Shown here: one piece after another, positions 8,600-18,133 of the stretch
Layout: each line of letters opens with the position of its first letter
Position numbering within the stretch: position 1 is the first letter of the stretch
Assembly: GCA_965140415.1 (NCBI GenBank)
Contig: OZ223209.1
Span: forward strand, 1,760,001 to 1,824,000
Length of the DNA stretch: 64,000 bases
Origin: Myxococcota bacterium
GTDB lineage: Bacteria > Myxococcota_A > SURF-8
Direction: 5' to 3'
Position numbers and translations under genes: made by a program
The notes under the pieces: generated by a model
What the model was told of the DNA's origin: nothing
The model's input: only the letters and a program-made list of their open reading frames with translations
The model's database searches: none

Positions 8600-11095
8600 A
8601 TGTCTATCGATCCGCGTTGCGCGCAGTATAAAGATCGCATTCTTTCCGCGCCCTATGAGATCTGCATCGAGCGCGCTCGCTTCGTCACGCAATCCTATCG
8701 AGAAACGGAAGACCAACCCAAGGCCATCCGCGCTGCCAAGGCTTTCGCGCATACCGTAAAGCATGTATCGATTCATATCGAAGAGATGGAGCGGATCGCC
8801 GGGTGGCGCTCGTCCAAAGTCGTGGGTACCGTAATTCCGGTCGAGCGGGGCGAAATGAACCTGATTCTGGAACTAGAGCTGGATGCCTTGCTGCAACGCG
8901 AGCGGCAACCGTATCGCATCGATGAAGCGGACCGCAGGGAATTGCAGCAGGAAATTCTTCCATACTGGCGCGGCAATACGTTACGGGATTATAAAAACAG
9001 GTTGTGGCGCAAGAACGGTCTGTTTTTCCGCCCCGCTGTGAATCCGGCCAGTTTGCTGCGGCGTGTAAAAGCTTTGAATCTCAAACGCCTGAAAGAAACC
9101 ACTGCCGTCCCTGGAGTCGGTCTGGATTATGCCTTCAAGGGTATCCAGGCGATTTTGTACAACAATATCGCTCTGGTCATGAACGCATTCGACGTGCAGG
9201 GCCACTTGATTCTTGGTCATCGCAGCATTCTGGAGAAGGGATTCGGCGGCGTTAAAAAGGAGGCGTTGCAGCGGCTGGAACTGGCGCGTAAGAAGGGGGA
9301 CGAACGGGGAAAAGAATTTCTACAGGCAGTGATTATCTGCTGCGACGCCATGAGGGAACTGGCTGAACGCTATGCCGTGCAAGCCGAACGGCAGGCGCAG
9401 CATTGCCTGGACATGGAGCGACGCTACGAGTTGGAGCAGATTGCCAAACGTTGCCGTAAAGTACCTTACGAAGCTCCACGCAACTTCAAAGAAGCCGTGC
9501 AGACGATCTGGTTCACGCATGTTGGAGCATTGCTGGCGCATGGCATGGCTGGGATTTTCGCAACCGGCAGGCTCGATCAGCATTTAAATGCTTTTTACGA
9601 AGCGGATTTGGCTGCCGGGCGTATCGATGAAACAGAGGCGCGTGCCTGGATCGAAGAATTGCTGTTAAAGCTAAGCAGTGGCTTGTTGTTGCTACCCTTT
9701 GCCGGAAAGCAGACGAGCAACGAGTTGGGCGCGGATAGCTGCTCTCCGACTATCGGGGGTGTGGGGCGCGACGGGGAGGATGCCGTCAACCCCACGACGT
9801 ATCTGATTCTTGAAGCGTATGAGAATGTCCGTTCCACCGGCAACAGTTTCATGATTCGCCTGTCAAAGAAAAATCCGCAGGTTTACTGGGAACGGGTGTT
9901 GGCCAGCTACCGGCATACGTCCGGAGCGGCGCTGTTCAACGATGAGGTCACGATTCCCGCTTTACATGATAGCGGCATGTCTATTGAAGATGCGCGTGAC
10001 TACGGCCTGATCGGCTGTGTGGAGCCGACCGGCGACGGCGACACATTTGGTTGTACCTCCGGAAACGACATCTCGCTGGTGGCGGCCCTTGAAATGGCTT
10101 TGAACGACGGTTACCTGACGATCATGGGACGGCGCATCGGGCCGAAAACGGGCGACGCTCGCCGGTTTACCCATTTTGAAGAATTATTAACCGCACTGGA
10201 GCGGCAAATCACTTTCATGGTGCGAACGGTTGTCAAGGCCGTCAACCTGAAGGATCTTGCGTACATGGAAAAGCTGCCCAATCCATTCGTTTCCATGACG
10301 TTAAAGGGTTGCGTCGAGTCGGCAAGGGACATGACCCATGGTGGTGCGAAATACAATTATGGCTCGATGAGCGGGCGTGGTTTGGGGACCGTGGCCGATT
10401 CGCTGGCGGCAATCGAGCAATTCGTTTTCACGACGCATGAATTGTCGATGGACAAGCTGTTGAAGATGCTGGCCACCAACTTCAAAGGGCAGGAAATCTG
10501 GCGGCGTAAGCTGATGAGCCGTGCGCCGGTATATGGTGCGGATGATGAGCAGGTTGACCGGCTGGCCAAGCGGGTCGCCGAGTTCTTTTGTCAGCAGGTC
10601 AGCGAGCAGCAAACCATACGCGGCGGTCCTTTCCGGCCCAGTTTCTTTTCCTATGGCATGCATGTGCTGGATGGTCTGCTGTTGGCGGCCACGCCGGATG
10701 GACGCCTTGCCGGAGAGCCGATCAGCAACAGTTTTTCGCCTAGCAACGGATCGGAACGGCAGGGACCGACCGGCGTATTCCGTTCGCTGGCGCGAATCGA
10801 TCAGAGTAGAATCTCCAATGGTTGCGCGTTGAACGTCAAACTGACGCCCTCGATGTTCGAAGGTGCTGAACGATTGAAGAAAATGACGGCGCTTTTCCAA
10901 ACCTACTTCACTGAAGGCGGTATGGAGATCTCCCCCAACGTGGTGTCCAACCAGATGTTGAAAGCCGCTCAGGCCGATCCCGAAGCCTATCGAGATCTGG
11001 TGGTTCGGGTTTCCGGCTATTCCGCTTACTTCACGGATCTTGGCAGACCGTTGCAGGACGAAATCATCTCGCGCACGGCATTCGAACGGGTGTAG
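8600..11095 (+). CDS. glycyl radical enzyme (PFL-like superfamily), substrate unknown
   Basis: ICIERAR N-terminus, Cys loop IGCVEP, ATPDGR, C-terminal Gly loop LVVRVSGYSAYF. Confidence 0.93.
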   Translation: MSIDPRCAQYKDRILSAPYEICIERARFVTQSYRETEDQPKAIRAAKAFAHTVKHVSIHIEEMERIAGWRSSKVVGTVIPVERGEMNLILELELDALLQRERQPYRIDEADRRELQQEILPYWRGNTLRDYKNRLWRKNGLFFRPAVNPASLLRRVKALNLKRLKETTAVPGVGLDYAFKGIQAILYNNIALVMNAFDVQGHLILGHRSILEKGFGGVKKEALQRLELARKKGDERGKEFLQAVIICCDAMRELAERYAVQAERQAQHCLDMERRYELEQIAKRCRKVPYEAPRNFKEAVQTIWFTHVGALLAHGMAGIFATGRLDQHLNAFYEADLAAGRIDETEARAWIEELLLKLSSGLLLLPFAGKQTSNELGADSCSPTIGGVGRDGEDAVNPTTYLILEAYENVRSTGNSFMIRLSKKNPQVYWERVLASYRHTSGAALFNDEVTIPALHDSGMSIEDARDYGLIGCVEPTGDGDTFGCTSGNDISLVAALEMALNDGYLTIMGRRIGPKTGDARRFTHFEELLTALERQITFMVRTVVKAVNLKDLAYMEKLPNPFVSMTLKGCVESARDMTHGGAKYNYGSMSGRGLGTVADSLAAIEQFVFTTHELSMDKLLKMLATNFKGQEIWRRKLMSRAPVYGADDEQVDRLAKRVAEFFCQQVSEQQTIRGGPFRPSFFSYGMHVLDGLLLAATPDGRLAGEPISNSFSPSNGSERQGPTGVFRSLARIDQSRISNGCALNVKLTPSMFEGAERLKKMTALFQTYFTEGGMEISPNVVSNQMLKAAQADPEAYRDLVVRVSGYSAYFTDLGRPLQDEIISRTAFERV

Positions 11096-11157
11096 AGCTG
11101 TTGGTGAGGTAGAGCCAATCCTGGAAAAGAATGATCCGGTCAAGTCGCTAATGGAAT

Positions 11158-11192
11158 AAAAAAAACGAGGTGGGTTGAACGGACCCGCCTCG
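11158..11192 (-). terminator. intrinsic terminator (minus strand)
   Basis: CGAGGCGGG/CCCACCTCG stem followed by T8 on minus strand. Confidence 0.75.
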
Positions 11193-11250
11193 CAAGGAAG
11201 AAATGGCCCGCACGGTAACGTGCGGTCATGGAAACTCGGTCTGATTTCAT
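11158..11250 (-). ncRNA. candidate small RNA
   Basis: TATAGT -10-like box, hairpins, unpaired CAUUUCUUCCUU segment, terminator. Confidence 0.3.
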
Positions 11251-11368
11251 GAGACACTATACGGTTTCAAAATATTACATTGAGTAGCGTCTCTTATTTA
11301 CTAATCGGACGTTTGCCGCCCGACTTTAGCGACTGGAGACTTTTTTTTAAAAATTTGCGGGATTGGCT

Positions 11369-12382
11369 TCAGATGCCTTCCTGTCCCACCTGGCGCATGG
11401 CGTTCAAATCGAAACGAATTTCCAATTCGACGCTCAGCCCTTCCGACTCGTTTTCGGCGCAGGCATGCGCGCTTTCGCGCGGGGCGCTGATCGTCATGCG
11501 TAGCGTTTCTTCCTGATTGCCCAGCCAGGGATGGCCTTCTTCGTCCTGCCGGTCGAAGAGCAGGCGGATGGTCGTCGGTGCGCTGATAACGACATCGCCC
11601 TGTTTGGCCATGCGCCAGCTTGCCATCTCCCACGCCCGCTGGATGTCGTGTCCCAGAACGACGGCTTTTCGCGGATAGCGGATCTCGCCGTCGGAGCGGA
11701 TCAGCGCCGTTCCACGTGTGGCCAGTTGTCCCAATAGCGCATTCATGCAGGTGTCGATGTCGGCGTCGCCGGGGCGTGGATTGTGCAGCAGGATGGCGGG
11801 CACCAGGGTCAGATCGATGACGATGGTATCGCTCAGGTTGACGAAGCCGTTCAGTATCGTTTCGATATCTTCTTTGTAGCCGGGGACGATGAACAGGGCG
11901 CGATGAGCCCGATAGGCGGCTTCCGGGCCGCTGGGCCACAGGCCGGGATAGGTTTTGAATAGTGGGCTTGGAACGATAAGGTGGTTGGGTAGGGGGTAGG
12001 GCGGTTGGTCGCTGAGAATCATTCCTTGTCGGTGAACGGCAACGTCGGCGGCGTATTCCGGGTTGTATTCGAGCAAAGGAAGAATATCCGCCTGGTTTTC
12101 CAGCAGGATGTCATCCCGCACGCGCTTGAAGAAGGGAGAAACCCAGCTTGCGGTGACGTCTAAGGCTGCCTTGGTTTCCGTTTTCCAGCCTTTAATGGCT
12201 CCGCGTTCGTGTTGCACCCAGGGACTGTCGATCAGAAAGCCCTTGCGGTCGTTGGTGCTCCATTTGTCGAAACTGGCATCGATCAGTCGTGCGGACCAAC
12301 TCGAGGCGCAGGCCGCAAGCAATAAGGGCAAAAGCAGCACAGCCAATTGACGAAACACGGTTTTAGGCATGGTGGGTCTCAT
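11369..12382 (-). CDS. hypothetical lipoprotein
   Basis: 337-aa ORF, LLLAAC lipobox, overlaps stop of upstream gene. Confidence 0.7.
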   Translation of the reverse strand: MRPTMPKTVFRQLAVLLLPLLLAACASSWSARLIDASFDKWSTNDRKGFLIDSPWVQHERGAIKGWKTETKAALDVTASWVSPFFKRVRDDILLENQADILPLLEYNPEYAADVAVHRQGMILSDQPPYPLPNHLIVPSPLFKTYPGLWPSGPEAAYRAHRALFIVPGYKEDIETILNGFVNLSDTIVIDLTLVPAILLHNPRPGDADIDTCMNALLGQLATRGTALIRSDGEIRYPRKAVVLGHDIQRAWEMASWRMAKQGDVVISAPTTIRLLFDRQDEEGHPWLGNQEETLRMTISAPRESAHACAENESEGLSVELEIRFDLNAMRQVGQEGI

Positions 12383-12783
12383 ATTCGATCTTTCGGTTCG
12401 GATTCATTGCGGATGGCTTCGGAATCATCGGTTTGACCGGAAGGCCACAGGCCGCCGATCACTACACCCAGGACGATATCGCTGATGCCGATGGCAAATC
12501 CTAGTGGGTGTACGCGCAACACGAAAACCGCAACGACGATCAAGAGCGCTATGATGCCGTATTTCATGAAAAAGCGCAGCATGAGGCTCCGTTTCGCCTC
12601 CGGCTCCAGTAACATCTTTCGAATCATCAGCACAAGCAGGTACAGGTTCAGCCAGCCGATAATCGCGCCCGCAGCCACACCGCCAAGTAACGCCATCGGA
12701 AGCGCGAGCCAGGCTAATATTACCAATGCCAGGCCGCTGAGCAGACTGGCCGTGAGTATGGTTCGAATCCGGGTTTGGGTCAT
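12379..12783 (-). CDS. ATP synthase subunit I-like 4-TM membrane protein
   Basis: GxxxGxxxGxLN helix and RFFMKY...GFAIG pattern typical of AtpI. Confidence 0.6.
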   Translation of the reverse strand: MTQTRIRTILTASLLSGLALVILAWLALPMALLGGVAAGAIIGWLNLYLLVLMIRKMLLEPEAKRSLMLRFFMKYGIIALLIVVAVFVLRVHPLGFAIGISDIVLGVVIGGLWPSGQTDDSEAIRNESEPKDRI

Positions 12784-12911
12784 TGAATACTTTCCATTGT
12801 TACCCTCTCGTTTGCAGGTAACGCTATCCTCAAAGGAAAAAACCGCTGATTTGAGTCGAGTATACTCATGGTTTCCAGCTTTCCATAGTAAAATCGAAGG
12901 ATATGGGATCA

Positions 12912-13073
12912 GGGTGCATCACAAGATATTGCGATTGACTTTGAAAACGGGTGCCATCGGCTAAGCGAAGAGAAACGTAGCTTGCCCATGTGGCTCTTTA
13001 ACACGGGCAAACCTGCGGCTTAGCCCGCGCCACCCTGAAATCAGACAGGTTTGCAACTTCTTGTGATGCACCC
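12912..13073. repeat. 162-bp palindromic REP/MITE-like element
   Basis: Perfect 15-bp terminal IR GGGTGCATCACAAGA/TCTTGTGATGCACCC plus nested stems. Confidence 0.75.
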
Positions 13074-13099
13074 ATGAGATCATCAAATTTCGGTGATTG

Positions 13100-13129
13100 T
13101 TGACAGGTCACGAGTCTCTCGGGTATTCT
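13100..13129 (+). promoter_or_regulatory. sigma70 promoter of TPR gene
   Basis: TTGACA-18 nt-TATTCT. Confidence 0.5.
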
Positions 13130-13212
13130 CACTGTATTTACTGTAGGAGTTGAACCATAACGAAAGCGCAGCATTATATGAATGCGATTCGTTGTGAGAA
13201 TGGGAGAATTGA

Positions 13213-14352
13213 ATGAAGCATGTCGGATTATGCCTGATCTTGAGCGTGTGGTTGCTCGGTTTTTCCGTGCAGGCGGAGGAGATTCTGTCTCCCTGTCCTC
13301 CGGATGGAACTCCCGAACAGCAAAAAGCGCGTAGTCAGGCAGATGACTACAACTTGCAGGGGTTGGAGTTGTTGAATCAGGAAAACCCGGAGGAAGCGAT
13401 CAAGCGTTTCCAGCGGGCGGTTGAAATCATTGATGATTACGCCGATGCCTATTTGAATTACGGTATTGCGTTGCAGATATTGAATCGGCATGAAGAGGCG
13501 CTGTTGCAATTCGATAAGGCGATCCGTTTCCGCCCGAAATGGTCGGCTCCCGTTTTACAGAAAGCGGAATCTCTGATCCGGTTGGAAAAGCTGCCAGAGG
13601 CGGAAAAACTATATTTGGAGGTATTGAAAATCGATCCGAAGCAGTTCGATGTAACGAAGAAACTGATCGGATTGTACCGGGAAAAGGGCGACATCGGCAA
13701 CATGAAAAAGATGATGCAGGCCGTGCGCGACAAGCAACCGGGTAATTTAGAGGCAATCTGGATGTACGCCAATGAAATTGAAATCTACGATCCCAAGGAG
13801 GCGTTGGAGATTTACCTAAAAGTGAAAGATCAGAAACCGAACGAAGTGCTGGTACGGCTGGCCTATGTTTACATGAGGTTGAAGCAGTACGATCTGGCAA
13901 AAGAATACGCGGAAGCAGCCATTCGAAAGTTCCCTGAAGATAACGAGGCTTACCTGTATCTCACCGAAATCTATATCGGATTGGACAATCTTTCCAAAGC
14001 CTGGGATACGCTTCAAAAAGTAGAGTCGTTTGATGACAGCGAAGAGGATGTACAGTTTCTGCGCTTTCTACTGTTGGTGAAAAACGGAAATATGGACAAT
14101 GTGAATGTAGAGATGAACCGCCTGATGCGTAGTAATCCATGCGAAAACAACTGGTTACGAGAGCTAGTGCGTGGGTACACGTTTACTGGCGCGACATTGG
14201 ATGAAAAGGCGTTTTTCCGGCAGGCTGCTGAACAGTGCAAGGTTTTTAAAGCCGAGTTATTGAAGTTGCAGGGCAAGAACAATCCAAGAAACAACCAGAG
14301 TTTTCCACGAGATGAACCGCAGGATACACCCAAAGATAAACCAGTTCCCTAA
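13213..14352 (+). CDS. secreted tetratricopeptide-repeat protein
   Basis: Signal peptide (SVQA); repeated A..YxxAxxxxP TPR periodicity. Confidence 0.88.
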   Translation: MKHVGLCLILSVWLLGFSVQAEEILSPCPPDGTPEQQKARSQADDYNLQGLELLNQENPEEAIKRFQRAVEIIDDYADAYLNYGIALQILNRHEEALLQFDKAIRFRPKWSAPVLQKAESLIRLEKLPEAEKLYLEVLKIDPKQFDVTKKLIGLYREKGDIGNMKKMMQAVRDKQPGNLEAIWMYANEIEIYDPKEALEIYLKVKDQKPNEVLVRLAYVYMRLKQYDLAKEYAEAAIRKFPEDNEAYLYLTEIYIGLDNLSKAWDTLQKVESFDDSEEDVQFLRFLLLVKNGNMDNVNVEMNRLMRSNPCENNWLRELVRGYTFTGATLDEKAFFRQAAEQCKVFKAELLKLQGKNNPRNNQSFPRDEPQDTPKDKPVP

Positions 14353-14437
14353 GTACATAGAAATCGCGAAAGGCTGCCTGTAGCGCGCCTGTCATCGTCT
14401 TCGAATCATGATTTCAATGAGATGTTAGCGGGTGGTT

Positions 14438-14466
14438 TTGACAGATGCGGTCTGGATGGTTACAAT
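14438..14466 (+). promoter_or_regulatory. sigma70 promoter of recJ operon
   Basis: TTGACA-17 nt-TACAAT. Confidence 0.75.
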
Positions 14467-14491
14467 CGCCGCGATCTGTTTTGTAGGAGTG

Positions 14492-16234
14492 ATGATGTCC
14501 GACGCACGGAAAATCTGGATCAGCCCCACACCCGATGCTGCTGCCGTGAAGCATTTGCAGGAGCATCTGCGTTTACGCGAGCCGGTGGCGCGGGTATTGG
14601 TCAACCGTGCGATCGTCACCTCGGAGCAGGCGCAGGATTACCTGTCGCAGACTTTGCAGGCGTTGCCGGACCCCTTCCTGTTAAAAGGCATGGATCTTGC
14701 CGTTCGTCGCATCGAGAAGGCCATTCGCAGGCGCGAAAAAATCGTGGCCTGGGGGGATTACGATGTCGATGGCGTGACGTCTTTGGCGCTACTGACGCAC
14801 TTTTTCAAGGCGATTTCCTATCCCTTGACTGCCGAAATTCCTCTGCGCATCGAAGACGGCTACGGCTTGCAGATGAAAGCGGTGGAGCGGCTGGCCAAGC
14901 AGGGCGCGCAGTTGATCGTCACCGTGGATAACGGCATCAGCAGTGCGGCTGAAATCGAGCGGGCGCGTGAATTGGGAGTGGATGTCATCGTGGTGGATCA
15001 TCACCAGATCCCGGAAACCTTTCCCGATGTCGCTGTAGCCGTCGTCAATCCCTTGCAGCCGGATTGTTCTTTCCCATTCAAAGACCTGGCTGCCTGTGGC
15101 TTGAGCTTCATGCTGCTTGCTGGGTTGCGGCGCTACCTCGTAGAGCGTGACGTGATCGACCGCGAGAGTGCGCCGAACTTGAAAAACCTGTTGGATATCG
15201 TTGCTTTGGGTACGGTTGCCGATCTGGTTCCGCTTACCGGGTTGAATCGCCTGTTCGTGCGTTATGGCCTGCCGATTCTGTCCCGCAGCAAGCGCCCCGG
15301 CGTCTTGGCGCTTAAAGAGGTTTCCCGTGTGGATGTGGATGCCGATGTGGATGCCTATACCGTCGGTTTCATGCTTGCACCGCGTATCAATGCGGGGGGC
15401 CGCATGAGCGACGCCAAAGCCGGGTTGACGCTGTTGACGACCGATCACTTGGCCGAAGCGCGTCAACTGGCTGCGCTATTGGATAAAAACAACAATTTCC
15501 GGCGCAGCATTCAGGAACGGATGCTGGAAGAAGCCTTGCAGATGTTGGAGAGCGATGAAGGCCTGCAACAAGCTCCGGCCCTGGTGCTGGCTAAGGAAGG
15601 TTGGCATGAAGGGGTCATCGGACTGGTGGCGTCTAAACTGGTCGATCACAGTTTCCGCCCGACAGTAGTGATTGCACTGGATGAGGAAGGTGGTGGCAAA
15701 GGTTCCTGCCGTTCGATTCCCGCATTCCACATGCAGCAGGCATTGGAGCGTAACTGCGAATACCTGGATACCTTTGGCGGACATCACATGGCGGCGGGCT
15801 TGAGTTTGCGCGCCGAGCGGCTGGCTGATTTCACCGAGGCATTTATGGAGGATGCGCGGCAGCATTTGACGGAGCGGGATTATATTCCCGAACTGGCCAC
15901 CGATGGTCCCTGTTCGCTCTCGGAAATCGATTACGACCTGCTTGATCAATTGGAGAAACTGGCGCCCTATGGAATGAGCAACCGCCAGCCGATGTTTACC
16001 GAGCAAGGAGTGACGATTGCCACGGCGCGTTTATTGAAGGGTAAGCACTGGAAACTGAAATTGATGAAGGATGAACGCATTCTGGAAGCGATTGCCTTCG
16101 GGCAGGGAGAGCGGGAACTGCTGCGCGGGCAGCGCATCGACATCGCCTACGTGCCGGAGTATAATAGCTTTCGTGGAGCGAAATCGATCCAATTACGTTT
16201 GGTGGACATGCGGTCTTGCGAGGAGGAAGTATGA
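14492..16234 (+). CDS. recJ: single-stranded DNA exonuclease RecJ
   Basis: GDYDVDG, TVDNG, VDHH, LGTVADLVPL, APRINAGGR, GSCRS, GGHHMAAG; start after AGGAG. Confidence 0.97.
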   Translation: MMSDARKIWISPTPDAAAVKHLQEHLRLREPVARVLVNRAIVTSEQAQDYLSQTLQALPDPFLLKGMDLAVRRIEKAIRRREKIVAWGDYDVDGVTSLALLTHFFKAISYPLTAEIPLRIEDGYGLQMKAVERLAKQGAQLIVTVDNGISSAAEIERARELGVDVIVVDHHQIPETFPDVAVAVVNPLQPDCSFPFKDLAACGLSFMLLAGLRRYLVERDVIDRESAPNLKNLLDIVALGTVADLVPLTGLNRLFVRYGLPILSRSKRPGVLALKEVSRVDVDADVDAYTVGFMLAPRINAGGRMSDAKAGLTLLTTDHLAEARQLAALLDKNNNFRRSIQERMLEEALQMLESDEGLQQAPALVLAKEGWHEGVIGLVASKLVDHSFRPTVVIALDEEGGGKGSCRSIPAFHMQQALERNCEYLDTFGGHHMAAGLSLRAERLADFTEAFMEDARQHLTERDYIPELATDGPCSLSEIDYDLLDQLEKLAPYGMSNRQPMFTEQGVTIATARLLKGKHWKLKLMKDERILEAIAFGQGERELLRGQRIDIAYVPEYNSFRGAKSIQLRLVDMRSCEEEV

Positions 16235-17253
16235 GCGGGTTTCGTTGGGCCGGATGGGCTGTGATCGCGGCGTTCGTGCTGTGTTGCATGATCGGCTGCG
16301 AGAAAAAACCCGATATGAAAATGGATTTTACTGCGGGGGAAAGCCGCGCCTACCAATTCTGGATGAGCCAGCAAGTGGAGCCGCATCAACAGAAAATCGA
16401 GCCGCAGCGCGTGATGATTCGGGCAACAATGATTTTTGAAACCAAAGAGATATTGGAAGATAGTTCTGCGCGGGTGGCGGTTCGTCTAAAGAAACCCAAC
16501 GGTCTAGTTTCCGGTAAAGATGGGCGTAAGCCGATTCCCCAGATGAACGCTTTGGAAGGGGTCGGTTTTACGATCACGCAAGAGAAAAACGGTGAGATCC
16601 GCTCCATCGAACAAACGGGGGAGAGTTCGGATCAACTGGCGGCCACCATTGAAAGCCTTCAAATGACTTTGCGTGAAATGCTGCCTACTTTGCCGCAACG
16701 CTTGACGCGCGGCACGGCCTGGCCGCGTCGGGTGGAGTTGAGAGAGAACAAGCCACCTTACGGTGAGATTCGCCACGTGACCCAGAGCGCATTTGAAATG
16801 AAGCAGGAAACCACGGTCGATGGTACGAAGGCGGCGGAATTGTCCGTGAATTTTCGCATCCTGATCGGCGATCAGGTCTTGCACTCCGTTTCCGGCGAAG
16901 CGCTTGCGCCGCGCGTTAAGAAAGAAGCGCTGGCAGAAGGAAAATCCGCAGAGGCCGGGCTGAACATGTACGGCTTAAGCGGATTGGGAGAGGGCAGGGG
17001 AACGATCTTCGTGGATTTGAAGCGGGGATGGCTACTGGGCGCTCAGTATGATACGACTATCGAATTGCAGGCCCGCATGTTGCGCGGTGAGGAAGAAGAG
17101 CAGAGCAGCCAAACGATTCGCTCGCATATCGAAATGCAGCCGCTGCACGCCGTCGCCAAACCGGGCGCGTTCGAGTCCATCGAGCGTAATTCAAAGAACA
17201 TCGATGCGCCGCCGACGGTTCACACCGACGGTGAGCCTAGTAAGGAGCCGTAA
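16231..17253 (+). CDS. hypothetical lipoprotein
   Basis: CCMIGC lipobox; translationally coupled between recJ and dapF. Confidence 0.75.
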   Translation: MSGFRWAGWAVIAAFVLCCMIGCEKKPDMKMDFTAGESRAYQFWMSQQVEPHQQKIEPQRVMIRATMIFETKEILEDSSARVAVRLKKPNGLVSGKDGRKPIPQMNALEGVGFTITQEKNGEIRSIEQTGESSDQLAATIESLQMTLREMLPTLPQRLTRGTAWPRRVELRENKPPYGEIRHVTQSAFEMKQETTVDGTKAAELSVNFRILIGDQVLHSVSGEALAPRVKKEALAEGKSAEAGLNMYGLSGLGEGRGTIFVDLKRGWLLGAQYDTTIELQARMLRGEEEEQSSQTIRSHIEMQPLHAVAKPGAFESIERNSKNIDAPPTVHTDGEPSKEP

Positions 17254-18107
17254 TGAGAAATATTCCTTTCCACAAAGTACAGGGCGCGGGAAACGATTTC
17301 GTGCTGTTCGATCCGGAATTTCAACCGGATGCCTTTTCAACCGAAGATCTGCGCCTGCTCTGCGACCGTCATTTCGGTGTCGGCTCCGACGGCGTGTTGT
17401 TCGTCTGTCCCTCCGAGCGCGCACACGTGATGATGCGCATGTTCAACCCGGACGGCTCCGAAGCGGAGATGTGCGGCAACGGCATTCGCTGTTTCGCCAA
17501 ACACGTATTCGATGCCGGTGTGATCAAAGAACGCGAACTCAAGGTGGAAAGCCGCGTGGGTGTGCATCTGTGCAAGCTGTTCTTGGGTGAAGACGGCAAG
17601 GTGGATGAGGTGGAAGTCGGCATGGGGCAGCCGCAGTACGAGCGCGGTGCGCTGGGTATGGAAGGACAAGGCGAGTTCGTCGATCAGGCAGTACAAGCCG
17701 AAAATTATACCTTTAAAGGCACGGGCGTGTCGATGGGTAACCCTCATCTGGTGATCTTCCATTCCTTGCAAATTCCCGAGGCTGAAAAGATCGGTCCTTT
17801 ATTTGAATCGCACCCGGATTTCAAGCACCGCACCAACGTGGAGTTCGTTGAGCAACTAGGCGAGCAGCACTTGCGGGTGGTGGTGTACGAACGGGGTGCG
17901 GGAATTACGCTGGCTTGCGGAACGGGCGCCTGTGCGACGGTGGCGGCGGCGGCCAAGGAAGGGCGCGTTTCGCGCGAGCAGCCCACCGTGGTCGATCTTC
18001 CCGGCGGTCGCCTGACGATCCGCTTCGATGAGCAGAGCGGCGAAATCTGGATGCGCGGCCCGGCACGCTACGTCTTTTCGGGAAGCATCGAACTGCCGGA
18101 AAGATAA
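17253..18107 (+). CDS. dapF: diaminopimelate epimerase
   Basis: GAGNDF, NPDGSEAEMCGNG, SMGNPH, ERGAGITLACGTG. Confidence 0.97.
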   Translation: MRNIPFHKVQGAGNDFVLFDPEFQPDAFSTEDLRLLCDRHFGVGSDGVLFVCPSERAHVMMRMFNPDGSEAEMCGNGIRCFAKHVFDAGVIKERELKVESRVGVHLCKLFLGEDGKVDEVEVGMGQPQYERGALGMEGQGEFVDQAVQAENYTFKGTGVSMGNPHLVIFHSLQIPEAEKIGPLFESHPDFKHRTNVEFVEQLGEQHLRVVVYERGAGITLACGTGACATVAAAAKEGRVSREQPTVVDLPGGRLTIRFDEQSGEIWMRGPARYVFSGSIELPER

Positions 18108-18133
18108 GCAGGCAGGTTAAGGTGTTTTAGGAA

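Noticed and set aside
8600-11095. pflB or cutC assignment
   Set aside because: No adjacent Cys-Cys pair of PFL; no activase or microcompartment context and substrate residues cannot be confirmed
14432-14491. Hydrophobic N-terminal extension of RecJ in ORF track
   Set aside because: Region is a consensus promoter plus RBS; real start is 14492/14495
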